NCBI GenBank assembly: GCA_002919235.1
Contig: PKEX01000001.1
Span: forward strand, 5,289-69,288
DNA: 64,000 nt
Direction of reading: 5' to 3'
Origin: Clostridia bacterium
GTDB taxonomy: Bacteria; Bacillota; Limnochordia; DTU080; RSA5
The position numbers and the translations under genes were made by a program. The number at the start of each line of letters is the position of its first letter. The first letter of the stretch is position 1. This document shows positions 20,562 to 30,087 of the stretch, piece by piece. Below the pieces are notes generated by a model that worked only from the letters and a program-made list of their open reading frames with translations, did not search any database and was not told the DNA's origin.

Positions 20562-20611
20562 TTCTAAAAAGGCCTCCGTTTCCCATATAGCTCCAAGGGA
20601 AACGGAGGCCT
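20562..20611 (+). promoter_or_regulatory. Sigma-E-like promoter overlapping a perfect 15-bp hairpin that covers the downstream RBS
   Basis: TTCTAAA-N15-CATATAG; stem AGGCCTCCGTTTCCC (20570-20584) pairs with GGGAAACGGAGGCCT (20597-20611). Confidence 0.6.
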
Positions 20612-20615
20612 GTCT

Positions 20616-22034
20616 TTGGACCTGAGAAGACGACCGCTCGTGGCGGGCGCGGCGGCGCTCCTGCTCGCGGGCATCGCCAACCGTCTCATCGGCACGCTCT
20701 ACCGCGCGCTGCTGGTGCGCGTCGCCGGCGAGGACGTGGTAGGGCTTTTCCAGATGACCATGCCGGTCTACCGCATCGTCGCCACCCTGGCCACCGCGGG
20801 GATCCCCGTGGCCATCGCCCGGCTCAGCGCCGACGCTCTGGGGCTGCGGGACTACGCCGGGGCGCGGCGGTACATGCGGCTGGGGCTCAGCCTAACCGCG
20901 GCCACGGCGTTCCTGGCGTCGCTGTTCCTCTTCCTGACCCACCGGCTCTGGGCGTACACGGTGATGACCGACTCCCGCACCGCCGCCGCCCTGGCCGTCC
21001 TGCCCCTGCTCCTCTTTCCCGCTGCCCTCTCCTCTTCGCTCAGGGGCGTGCTGCAGGGGCAGGAGCGCCTGGCCCCCGTGGCGTTCTCCAGTTTCGCCGA
21101 AGCCGCCAGCCGGGTGCCGGTGGTGCTGCTCCTGGCCGCCCTCCTCCTGCCCCTGGGCCCCGGCTGGGCCGCCGCCGGAATCGCCCTGGGCTTTGTGGCA
21201 GGCGAGGCCGTCTCCGTGGCCTACCTGGCCCGGGCCGTGCGGGGAAGCTGGGGCGGTCCGCCCCGTCCCGGCGCCCGGCACACGGCCGCGCGCCCCGGCC
21301 CCGCCTCCCCCCTGGCCCTCCGGCTCACCCAGGCCTTCGTCCCTTTCTGGACGGCGGCCTATCGGCCTCTGGTGCGCCGGCTGGCCGTCCTCGCCGCGCC
21401 CGTGCTCCTGTCCGGCGTGGTCAACGGCATTCTCGGCATGATCAACGTGACGGTGATTCCCCGCCAGCTCATCGCGGCGGGGTACGCCCCCGCCGAAGCC
21501 ACCGTCCTGTACGGCCGCCTGTTCGGCATGGCGCTCCCCGCCCTCTACATGCCCATGGTGGCGGTGCACCCGCTGGTGCACGCCAGCATCCCGGCGGTCG
21601 CCAAGCGGCTTGCCGAACGGCGCACCGGCGCGGTGGCCCGCCTCCTCTTCCAGTGCCTGGCGGCGGCCGCAGCGGTGGCGGCCGCCGCCTCCTTCGCCTT
21701 TTGGCGGTACGGGGAGGAAGTGGGCGCCCTCCTCTACGGCGTCGACTCCCTCGGGCCCCTCATCACCCCGCTGGCCTTTGCCGCGCCCTTCACGTACCTG
21801 GGCCACATCGCCTCCGGCATCCTTTACGGGCTGGGCCGCACGGGCATTGTCATGGTGAACGCCGCGGCCGGCAGCGCCCTGCGCCTGATCCTCATCTACC
21901 TGCTGGCCGGCGATCCCCGGTGGGGCATCGTCGGCGCGTTGTGGGCGGTGATCGCCGACTTCGCCCTCACGGCCGCGCTGGATCTCGGCGCCCTGGCCGT
22001 CCTGGTCCCCCGGGAGCTGAGGCGGCGGCGCTAA
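20616..22034 (+). CDS. SpoVB/MurJ-like MOP-family flippase
   Basis: Polytopic membrane protein; NRLIGTLYR.LL.R.AGE..VGLFQM..P, AGIPVAIARL and YGRLFGMALP; TTG start. Confidence 0.8.
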   Translation: MDLRRRPLVAGAAALLLAGIANRLIGTLYRALLVRVAGEDVVGLFQMTMPVYRIVATLATAGIPVAIARLSADALGLRDYAGARRYMRLGLSLTAATAFLASLFLFLTHRLWAYTVMTDSRTAAALAVLPLLLFPAALSSSLRGVLQGQERLAPVAFSSFAEAASRVPVVLLLAALLLPLGPGWAAAGIALGFVAGEAVSVAYLARAVRGSWGGPPRPGARHTAARPGPASPLALRLTQAFVPFWTAAYRPLVRRLAVLAAPVLLSGVVNGILGMINVTVIPRQLIAAGYAPAEATVLYGRLFGMALPALYMPMVAVHPLVHASIPAVAKRLAERRTGAVARLLFQCLAAAAAVAAAASFAFWRYGEEVGALLYGVDSLGPLITPLAFAAPFTYLGHIASGILYGLGRTGIVMVNAAAGSALRLILIYLLAGDPRWGIVGALWAVIADFALTAALDLGALAVLVPRELRRRR

Positions 22035-22035
22035 T

Positions 22036-23139
22036 TTACGGATCCAGTTCGCCCAGGGGTAGGCCCTCCGGCAGCGGCGCCGGCCGTTCGCACCCGCTCT
22101 CCAGCACGATGTGCCTCCCCTGGGTCGAGGCCTCTTCAAAGGCGTGCATGATGTCGAGGACGTGGTAGGCCAGCTCGCCGTTGGCCCGGTGGGGACGGCC
22201 TGTGCGGAGGGCGTACGCCATGTCGGCGATGCCGAGTCCCCGGCAGTTGTCGCTGTAGCCGTGGGTGAGCGGCACCTCCTGCCACTCCCAGGAGCCTTTC
22301 TTGCGGACCCGCACCGGGCCGCCGAACAGGTTGGGGTCGGGCGCGCTCAAGGTGCCCTCCGTCCCGTAAATCTCGATGTGGGGCACGTTTCCTCCCCACA
22401 CGTCAAAGCTGGTAACGATGGTGCCGATGGCCCCGTTGGCGAAGTCCATCACACCGGCGATGTGGGTGGGCGTCTCCACGGTGATCTTCTGCCCGTACTT
22501 GGGCTTGCTCAGGATGGTCCGCTCCGGATACGTGATGCGGGTCGAGCCCGTCACCCGCCTGACCGGGCCGATGAGGTTCACCAGGGCGGTGAGGTAGTAC
22601 GGGCCCATGTCGAACATGGGGCCGCCCCCGCGCTTATAGTAGAACACGGGGTCGGGATGCCAGAATTCGTGGCCGGGGATGAGCATGAAGGCGCTGGCTC
22701 CCACCGGTTCGCCGATCCATCCCTCGTCGATCAGCTTGCGGCAGGTCTGAAGCCCGGCGCCCAAAAAGGTGTCGGGAGCCGCTCCCACCAGCACCCCGCG
22801 CTCCTTCGCCTCCTTCAGCAGCAGCTTGGCTTCGTCCCGCTCCACGGTCAGGGGCTTTTCGTTGTAGACGCTCTTGCCGGCGCGGACCGCCCGCAAGGCC
22901 ACTTCGGCGTGAGCCTGGGGAACCGTCAGGTTGACGACCAGTTCGATGCTGGGATCGGCCAGCAGCTCATCGACGGTGCACGCCTTGGGGACGCCGAACT
23001 CCTCCGCCCTCGCTTTCGCCCGTTCCAACACCAGGTCGGCGCAGGCGACCACTTCGATCATTTTCAAAGTGCGGGCGTTCTTGAGATAGATGCCGCTGAT
23101 GGCACCGCATCCGACGATGCCGACTTTGACAGGTTCCAC
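22036..23139 (-). CDS. Gfo/Idh/MocA-family oxidoreductase
   Basis: [31 protein letters not shown] and [12 protein letters not shown]. Confidence 0.93.
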   Translation of the reverse strand: MEPVKVGIVGCGAISGIYLKNARTLKMIEVVACADLVLERAKARAEEFGVPKACTVDELLADPSIELVVNLTVPQAHAEVALRAVRAGKSVYNEKPLTVERDEAKLLLKEAKERGVLVGAAPDTFLGAGLQTCRKLIDEGWIGEPVGASAFMLIPGHEFWHPDPVFYYKRGGGPMFDMGPYYLTALVNLIGPVRRVTGSTRITYPERTILSKPKYGQKITVETPTHIAGVMDFANGAIGTIVTSFDVWGGNVPHIEIYGTEGTLSAPDPNLFGGPVRVRKKGSWEWQEVPLTHGYSDNCRGLGIADMAYALRTGRPHRANGELAYHVLDIMHAFEEASTQGRHIVLESGCERPAPLPEGLPLGELDP

Positions 23140-23219
23140 TGCGTCATGGTCCCTCCTGGAAACCTCTACTCCGCACTTCTACCCCGTGGTTTCCGCTGCG
23201 ACTCGATGCGACTACATCC

Positions 23220-26045
23220 CTATTTGGCCTCCATCCAGTCCTTGCCGATTCCCGCTTCCGCCTTCAGCGGCACTTTAAGGCTCATGGCCTGCTCCATTCC
23301 TTCCACCACCAGGGCGGCGCACTCTTCCGCCCTCTCTTCGGGCGCTTCAAAGATCAGCTCGTCGTGGATCTGGAGGAGGAGCTTGAGCGGATGGCCTTCC
23401 CGGTCGATCCGGTCCTGGATCTTGACCATGGCCACCTTGATCAGGTCCGCCGCGCTCCCCTGCACCACGGTGTTGATCGCGAGCCGCTCGCCCAGGGCGC
23501 GGCGGGGACGGCTGCTCGAGCGGATTTCGGGGATCGCCCGTCTCCTGCCCAGAATGGTGGTGACGTAGCCGTACTCTTTCGCCTGCTGGACGCACTGCTG
23601 CAGGAACCGGTCGATGCCGGGAAAGCGCCGCTTGTAATCCTCGATGAGCTCCGCCGCCCGACGCACGTCCAGCCCTTCGATGCGGCGCGAAAGGCCGTAC
23701 GGCGTGATGCCGTAGATGATGCCGAAGTTGATCACTTTCGCGTACGCCCGCTGCTCCCGGGTGACCTGGTCGATGCCGACGCCGAACACCTGGGACGCCA
23801 CCGCGGCGTGGATGTCCAGCCCCTGCTCGAACGCCTCGATCAACCCCGGGTCTTCGCTGAGATGGGCGAGGATCCGCAGCTCGATTTGGGAGTAGTCCGC
23901 GGCGATGAGCACGTGGCCCGGCGGCGCCACGAAGGCCTTGCGGATCTGCCGCCCCACATCGGTGCGGACCGGGATGTTCTGCATGTTGGGGTTTTGCGAG
24001 GCGAGCCGGCCCGTGGCCGTCACCAGCTGGTGAAAGGTGGAGTGGATCCGGCCTGTCTTGGGGTTGATGGACTCCCGCAGGTTGCCCAGGTAGGTGTTGA
24101 TCAGCTTCGAAAGCTGGCGGTACTCGATCAAGAGGCCCGGAACCAGGGTCTTGGGGTCGTTCTTGTCCTCTTCCGCGGCCAGCTTGGTCAGGACCTCGAT
24201 GTCCGTGGAGTACCCCGTCTTGGTCCGCTTGCCGGCGGGGAGGCCCAGCTTTTCAAAGAGCACTTCCCCCAGCTGCTTGGGGGAGTCCAGGTTGAACTCG
24301 CCGCCGGCGTACTCGAAGATCCGGGCCTTCAGCTCCTCGACCCGCCGTGACAGCTCCTCGCCCTGGCGCGCCAGCTCGCCGGGGTCGCACATGATCCCGT
24401 TCTGCTCCATCCGGGCGATGACCACCGAAAGCGGCGCCTCCACCTGGCAGAGGAGCTCCTCCATCCCCGCCTCGCGGATGCGGGGCATCAGCGCGTGGTA
24501 GAGGCGGAGGGCGATGTCGGCGTCCTCCCCGGCGTACTCCACCACCTGGTCCAGCGGCACGCAGTCGATGGAGAGCGGGGCTTGTCCTCCCTCCTCCTCC
24601 TCGCCGCCGATCAGCGAGCCGATGGGGATCATCCGGTAGCCCAGGACGTCCAGGGCCAGCTGGTCCAGCTTGTGCCCGGCCTTGGCCGGATCCAGCAGGA
24701 TGCTGGCCAACATCGAGTCAAAGACCACGCCCCGCAAAACGATCCCGTAGTTCCCCAGGATGCGGGCGTCAAACTTGATGTTGTGGCCGCACTTCTTGAC
24801 GGCCGGGTCCTCCAGCACCTCCTTGAGCGCGCTCAGGACGGCATCCTGGCTCAAGTGCGCCCCGGGCTCCGGGGAGCGCACCGGGACGTAGACGCCGTGT
24901 CCCGGCTTCCAGGCGAAGCTGAGGCCGCACAGCTCGGCGTCGGGGCCGAGGCCCGTCGTCTCGGTGTCGACGGCGATCAGCTCCTGCTCCTTGAGGGTGC
25001 GCACCAGCTCCTCCAGCTGGCGCTCGGTGGTGACCGCTTCGTACACCCCGCGCGCGTGCTCGCCCCCGGCGGCCTCCCCCGGAGACCCTGCGGCCTCCTC
25101 CGGAGCGGCCGCCCCGCCGGCCGCGGCCTCCGCCGCCACCGCCGCCGCTTCGTCGTCCACGACGCCCAGCTCCCGGGCGATGCGGCGGACGTCCTCCTGG
25201 TAGCGGCGAAAGCCCAGCTGCTGGAAGAGGGCGACCACCTTGCGCAGGTGGATCCCCCTGACCCGCGCCGCCTCCAGCGAGAAGTCGAAAGCCCCGTCCC
25301 GCTTCAGCCGGACCAGCTCGCGGGAGAGTTCCAGCTGCTCCCGGGCGGCCTCCAGGTTCTCCCGGCGCTTCCCCTTGATCTTGTCCAGGTTGGCGTAGAT
25401 CCCCTCGATGGAGCCGAACTCCTGGATGAGGCTGGCGGCGGTCTTGGCCCCGATGCCCGGCACGCCCGGCACGTTGTCCACCGAGTCGCCCATCAAGGCC
25501 AGGACGTCCACCACCTGTTCGGGCGTGATGCCCTTGGTGGCCTTGAGCGTTTCGACGTCGATCTCCTCGTCCTTGTGGATGTCGTACATCGTCACCCGCT
25601 CGCCCAGCAGCTGCTCCAGGTCCTTGTCGCGGGAGACGATGCGGACGTGCACGTCGGCATACTCCGGATTGTCCAGCACCTTCTGGGTGATGGTCGCGAT
25701 GACGTCGTCGGCCTCAAGCCCCGGGTGGGAGACGGCCGGGATGCCGAAGGCGTCGATGAGCTCCAGCACCCGGGGGATCTGGACGATCAGATCCTGGGGC
25801 GTCGCCTCCCGGGTGGCCTTGTATTCGGCATAGATCTCGTCACGGAAGGTCTTTCCGGGCCCGTCGATGGCCACCGCGACGTAGTCCGGTTTGAGCTGGG
25901 TAAAGAGCTTGATCAGCATGCCGGTGAAGCCGAAGACCGCATGGGTGGGCTCGCCGGTCACCGGGCTCTGCATCCCGCCCCGGATCGCGTAGTAGGCCCG
26001 GAAGATCTGGCCGTAGCCGTCGATGAGGTACAGGTATTTCGGCAC
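23220..26045 (-). CDS. polA: DNA polymerase I
   Basis: 5' nuclease (LIDG, EADDVI, ALMGDSVDNVPGVPGIG); exonuclease motifs DTET, HNIKFD and YAGEDAD; polymerase motifs ADYSQIELR, KVINFGIIYG and LQIHDEL. Confidence 0.97.
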   Translation of the reverse strand: MPKYLYLIDGYGQIFRAYYAIRGGMQSPVTGEPTHAVFGFTGMLIKLFTQLKPDYVAVAIDGPGKTFRDEIYAEYKATREATPQDLIVQIPRVLELIDAFGIPAVSHPGLEADDVIATITQKVLDNPEYADVHVRIVSRDKDLEQLLGERVTMYDIHKDEEIDVETLKATKGITPEQVVDVLALMGDSVDNVPGVPGIGAKTAASLIQEFGSIEGIYANLDKIKGKRRENLEAAREQLELSRELVRLKRDGAFDFSLEAARVRGIHLRKVVALFQQLGFRRYQEDVRRIARELGVVDDEAAAVAAEAAAGGAAAPEEAAGSPGEAAGGEHARGVYEAVTTERQLEELVRTLKEQELIAVDTETTGLGPDAELCGLSFAWKPGHGVYVPVRSPEPGAHLSQDAVLSALKEVLEDPAVKKCGHNIKFDARILGNYGIVLRGVVFDSMLASILLDPAKAGHKLDQLALDVLGYRMIPIGSLIGGEEEEGGQAPLSIDCVPLDQVVEYAGEDADIALRLYHALMPRIREAGMEELLCQVEAPLSVVIARMEQNGIMCDPGELARQGEELSRRVEELKARIFEYAGGEFNLDSPKQLGEVLFEKLGLPAGKRTKTGYSTDIEVLTKLAAEEDKNDPKTLVPGLLIEYRQLSKLINTYLGNLRESINPKTGRIHSTFHQLVTATGRLASQNPNMQNIPVRTDVGRQIRKAFVAPPGHVLIAADYSQIELRILAHLSEDPGLIEAFEQGLDIHAAVASQVFGVGIDQVTREQRAYAKVINFGIIYGITPYGLSRRIEGLDVRRAAELIEDYKRRFPGIDRFLQQCVQQAKEYGYVTTILGRRRAIPEIRSSSRPRRALGERLAINTVVQGSAADLIKVAMVKIQDRIDREGHPLKLLLQIHDELIFEAPEERAEECAALVVEGMEQAMSLKVPLKAEAGIGKDWMEAK

Positions 26046-26097
26046 GATGTCCCCTCTCCCCACGGGCGCTGCCTGTCCCGAGCCGCGCCGCCGTATT

Positions 26098-26997
26098 TCA
26101 GACCAGCCGGCGCAGCAGCTCCTCGCGGTCGCCGTAGAGGAAGTCGATGATAGGCACTTCCACCATGGTGTAGGCGCCCGGCGCCTGCCGCACCGCCGCC
26201 CGGGCGGCCGCCACCATCACCTGCGAGGTGAGCGCTGGGTTGTTGATCCGCATCTCGAAGGTGAAGAGCTGGTTGTGGGTCCGGCCCGAGACCCCTTTCC
26301 GCTCCATGCGCACCCCGTGGCCCATGTCGATGAGGTCGGCCACCCGGGGCACCGCCACCACCCGGGTCTCGTCGTACTTGAAGTAGGGGTCCTCGAGGAT
26401 GCTCTGCCTCACCTGATCGAGGGAGGCGCCCTCTTCCAGCTCCACGTAGACCAGCCGCCGGTGCACGCCCTGCCCCGCGGGGATCGTCATGGACAAGGCG
26501 TCCCGCACCCCGGGCACGGCCTTGGCCGCCACCGAGTGGCCCATGCTCATCCCGGGCCCGAAGTTGGTGTAGGTGACGCCCTTGGGGGCCATAAACTCCA
26601 GCATCGCCCGGATCATGGAGTCGGTGCCGGGATCCCACCCGGCGGCGATGATGGCCACCGCCCCCGCGCGGCGGGCCACTTCGTCCAGCCGGCGCCTGAC
26701 GTCCACCAGCTCTCCGTGGATGTCGTAGGAGTCGACCGTGCGGATCCCCCTTGCCAAATACGCTTCCGCCAGCCGCGGCACGGAGCGGGTGGGGGTGCAG
26801 AGCAGGGCGACGTCCACCTTCCCCAGCTCCGCGACGTCTTTGGCCACGGGAATTTCGGGATCGAGCCCCCGCGGGCGCTCTCCGCTTCGTCTCACCAGCC
26901 CGGCCAGCTCGCAGTCGGGCGCCTCCAGCACCGCGTCGACGGCAAAGCGCCCGACGTTTCCGTATCCCACCACGGCAACCCGGATCGGATCGCCCAC
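26098..26997 (-). CDS. ddh: meso-Diaminopimelate dehydrogenase, Symbiobacterium-type (299 aa)
   Basis: [37 protein letters not shown] and [16 protein letters not shown]. Confidence 0.93.
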   Translation of the reverse strand: MGDPIRVAVVGYGNVGRFAVDAVLEAPDCELAGLVRRSGERPRGLDPEIPVAKDVAELGKVDVALLCTPTRSVPRLAEAYLARGIRTVDSYDIHGELVDVRRRLDEVARRAGAVAIIAAGWDPGTDSMIRAMLEFMAPKGVTYTNFGPGMSMGHSVAAKAVPGVRDALSMTIPAGQGVHRRLVYVELEEGASLDQVRQSILEDPYFKYDETRVVAVPRVADLIDMGHGVRMERKGVSGRTHNQLFTFEMRINNPALTSQVMVAAARAAVRQAPGAYTMVEVPIIDFLYGDREELLRRLV

Positions 26998-27203
26998 GCT
27001 CTCTACCCCTTTCATCGCCAGCATAGCACCCCAATGGGACACCCAACCCATTCAGCTACGGGGGAAACGATTCCTCCTCAAACTCCAGGGACGACCCGGG
27101 CCGAGCAGGAGCAGGGACTTTCGCACGGTACAGTATTCATGGCCAAACCTCGTCACCGCTCCACGCGGCGAGGATCTTCACCAGGGAAAGGCGGCGGCAA
27201 CCC

Positions 27204-28226
27204 ATGCGCATGGTCCAGGTGGGCGTCCTGGGGATGGGGAAATGGTGGGTGCAGGTGGGCCTCAGCTCCCCGGACGTGGAAGTGGCAGGCTACGTCGACA
27301 TCAACCCCGGCCACCTGAAGGTGATCCAAGAGGAGTTCGGCATTGCTCCTTCCCGGTGCTACGTCGACTTTGACCGGGCCCTCAAAGAGCTCAAGCCGGA
27401 CGCGGTGCTGATCGTGACGCCGCCCGAGTTTCACGAGCCCTTGGCCGTCAAGGCGATGGAGGCCGGCTGCCACGTGCTCACCGAAAAGCCGCTGGCGGAC
27501 ACGTGGGAGGCCTGCCTGCGGACCGTCGAGGCGGTCCGCCGCACCGGGCGGATCATGATGGTGGCGCAAAACTACCGCTACCGGCCGCCGGTCCAAACCT
27601 TGAGAAACGCCCTGGCTTCGGGCCAGTTCGGCGCGCCCGGCCAGGTGCTGGTCCACTTCACCCGCGGTCCCCGCTTCGGGGGCTTCCGCGAGGAGATGCC
27701 GTATCCCCTCATCATCGACATGGCCATCCACCACTACGACCTGATGCGCTACATTCTCGACGCCGACCCCGTGCGCCTGACGGCCTTCTCCTGGAACCCG
27801 CCGTGGAGCTGGTACCGGGGCGACGCCTCCTCGGTGAGCCGGATCGAGATGATCCCCCGCTCAAAGCCCGCCTCCGGCCAAGTCCACCCCATCCACGTCA
27901 CCTACCACGCGAGCTGGTGCACCCGGGGCGGGGCCACGTCCTGGAACGGGCACTGGATGATCTACTGCGAACACGGCTACCTCGAGATGGTGGACGACCG
28001 GGTCTACGTCCAGCGATCCGACGACTCGCCGAAGGAGCCGCTTCCCGTGGAGCCGATGCCCCTCACCGACCAGGCCTACCTGCTGCGGGCCTTCGCCGAG
28101 GCGGTGCGGGACGGCCGCCCGCCCGAGACCCGCGCCGAGGACAACCTGCGCTCGATCGAAATGGTGTTCCGCACCGTGGAAAGCTGCGAGACGGGCCGTA
28201 CGGTCCGGCTGACCGGCGGCGCGTGA
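27204..28226 (+). CDS. Gfo/Idh/MocA-family oxidoreductase
   Basis: VGVLGMG, HVLTEKPLA, AQNYRY and DMAIHHYD. Confidence 0.92.
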   Translation: MRMVQVGVLGMGKWWVQVGLSSPDVEVAGYVDINPGHLKVIQEEFGIAPSRCYVDFDRALKELKPDAVLIVTPPEFHEPLAVKAMEAGCHVLTEKPLADTWEACLRTVEAVRRTGRIMMVAQNYRYRPPVQTLRNALASGQFGAPGQVLVHFTRGPRFGGFREEMPYPLIIDMAIHHYDLMRYILDADPVRLTAFSWNPPWSWYRGDASSVSRIEMIPRSKPASGQVHPIHVTYHASWCTRGGATSWNGHWMIYCEHGYLEMVDDRVYVQRSDDSPKEPLPVEPMPLTDQAYLLRAFAEAVRDGRPPETRAEDNLRSIEMVFRTVESCETGRTVRLTGGA

Positions 28227-28253
28227 CAAAACGGCGCCCGAGCAGGGCGCCGC

Positions 28254-28484
28254 TCACCAGCCGCAGCAGAGGGACCGCGCGCAGCGCTTCCGCCTGAGCC
28301 GCGCGAGGCGCCGGCCCACGTCCCGGAGCGTCGCGATTTCGTCGGTCAGCTCCTCTTCCACCCAGACGCTGCCGGTCCGCTCCCGGGCGCAGCGGAGCGC
28401 CCCGACGGCCTTCGCCAGATGGCAGACGGCTCTCTTCATGCTGCGGCAAAAGCGCCGCTTCCTCCGCCGGCATTTCTTTCCCAC
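28254..28484 (-). CDS. Small Arg/Cys-rich hypothetical protein (76 aa)
   Basis: GGGAGGGAG RBS before a GTG; MGKKCRRRKRRFCRSMKRAVCHL...RRKRCARSLCCGW; fills an otherwise empty gap. Confidence 0.55.
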   Translation of the reverse strand: MGKKCRRRKRRFCRSMKRAVCHLAKAVGALRCARERTGSVWVEEELTDEIATLRDVGRRLARLRRKRCARSLCCGW

Positions 28485-28611
28485 GGCACTCCCTCCCCGG
28501 CTGCACACCCTACGGCGAAAGCGCCGCCGGGGTTATAGGATCGCTTTCCCAAATCGCTGGGCCGAGTATCCCGCGCTTCGCTTTCCCATCCTAGGGCTGG
28601 GAGGAATGATG

Positions 28612-29001
28612 ATGCTTGGACGGCGAGGATCGTGCCTTTTGCGCTGGGCCTTGATCGGCTTGAGCGTGGCGGTGCTGGCGGGATGCGGGGGAGGCGCCGG
28701 AGGCCGGGACCAGGGCAGGGCCGGCGAAGGCCGGGAGATCACCGTGGCCAGCGGCGACAACTGGTTTGACCCCCGGGAGCTGGAGGTCCGCCGCGGCGAG
28801 ACGGTGACGCTGGTGGTCTCCAACGACGGCGCCCTGGTCCACAACATCTCCATCGACGAGTTCGGCGTCAAAAGAGATTACCGCCCGGGCGAGACCGTCC
28901 GCGTGACGTTTACGGCCGATCGGGCGGGCGAGTTCGAGTTCTACTGCGACGAGCCGGGCCACCGGGAAGCAGGCATGGTCGGGGTCCTGCGGGTGCGGTA
29001 G
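28612..29001 (+). CDS. Cupredoxin-domain (type-1 copper) lipoprotein
   Basis: Lipobox LAGC; F.P..L.V..G.TV; HN...FYCDEPGHREAGM copper ligands. Confidence 0.88.
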   Translation: MLGRRGSCLLRWALIGLSVAVLAGCGGGAGGRDQGRAGEGREITVASGDNWFDPRELEVRRGETVTLVVSNDGALVHNISIDEFGVKRDYRPGETVRVTFTADRAGEFEFYCDEPGHREAGMVGVLRVR

Positions 29002-29028
29002 CCCTCGGCAGGAGCGGCCCCTCTTGGC

Positions 29029-30024
29029 TTAGGACCCGCTGCTGCTTGCGCCGAGCGCTCCCTCGGGCGTGGCGCCGGGGGCGGGCACCGCTTCCGGCTG
29101 CGGCTCCCGGGTCACCTGCAGGCACAGGTAGCCCAGCACGCCGAAAAGCGCCGTGATGATCGCGCTGTGGACCATCATCGCGGTCAGCGTGAGGCGGGAG
29201 AGGATCACCCAGCCGCCGCTCAGCACCTGCCCGATGATGAGCGCCAGCGAGGCCACGCCGCCCCAGAACAGATCGGGCCGAACCTCGCGCTCCTTCTTGG
29301 CGATGTGGCCCATGGCGGCGATGACCACCAGGGCGCCCGCGGCCGCCAGTCGGTGGGCGAACTGGATCCCTACGGCGCCTGAGAGTTCGGGGATGAGGGC
29401 CCCGTTGCAGAGGGGCCAGTCAAGACAGGCGATGTGCGAGTTGGTGTGGCGCACGTAGGCGCCCGAATACACCACGCCGTAGGTATAGATGGCCGCCGCC
29501 CAGATCCAGCGGCGCAGCCGGTCGCTCACCGGCGCGCTGCGAAACGTCTGCCCCTTCTCCAGCTGGAACATGACCGCGGTGGGCAGGACCACCAGGACGA
29601 AGGCGATCAGCGAAATGCCGAAGTGAAGGGCCAGGACGGCTTTGGGCTGCGGCCAGAGCACCGCCGCGGCGCCCAGGGCCGACTGGATGACGATAAACAG
29701 CACCGCGCCCGCCACCAGCATCCGGATGTCCCGGCGGTCCCGGTACGCCCGCCAGGCCAGGACGGCCATGGCCACCACCAGGATCCCGGCCACTCCCGAC
29801 ACCAGCCGGTGGGAGTACTCGATGAGCGACTCCATAGTCGGGGCCGGGAGCCACTGGCCGTCGCAGAGCGGCCACGACGCGCCGCACCCTTCGGCTGAGC
29901 CGGTCTTGGTGACCAGCGTCCCCATGAGCTGGACGATGAACATGCTGATCACCGACGCCACGGAAAGCCCCTTGAGCCCTTTGGGAATGGGGCGAGCGGC
30001 TTGCGCTCGAGCGGCACTGTGCAC
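29029..30024 (-). CDS. ctaA: Heme A synthase
   Basis: GTLVTKTGSAEGCGASWPLC, IEYSHR, ALHFG, GAYVRH...ACLDWPLCNG and QFAHR. Confidence 0.93.
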   Translation of the reverse strand: MHSAARAQAARPIPKGLKGLSVASVISMFIVQLMGTLVTKTGSAEGCGASWPLCDGQWLPAPTMESLIEYSHRLVSGVAGILVVAMAVLAWRAYRDRRDIRMLVAGAVLFIVIQSALGAAAVLWPQPKAVLALHFGISLIAFVLVVLPTAVMFQLEKGQTFRSAPVSDRLRRWIWAAAIYTYGVVYSGAYVRHTNSHIACLDWPLCNGALIPELSGAVGIQFAHRLAAAGALVVIAAMGHIAKKEREVRPDLFWGGVASLALIIGQVLSGGWVILSRLTLTAMMVHSAIITALFGVLGYLCLQVTREPQPEAVPAPGATPEGALGASSSGS

Positions 30025-30087
30025 GGCAGATCCCTACTTTTCGCGAATGGTTCCTCTCCCCAAGGTACCCGCAGGCGGGCCGGAAAG

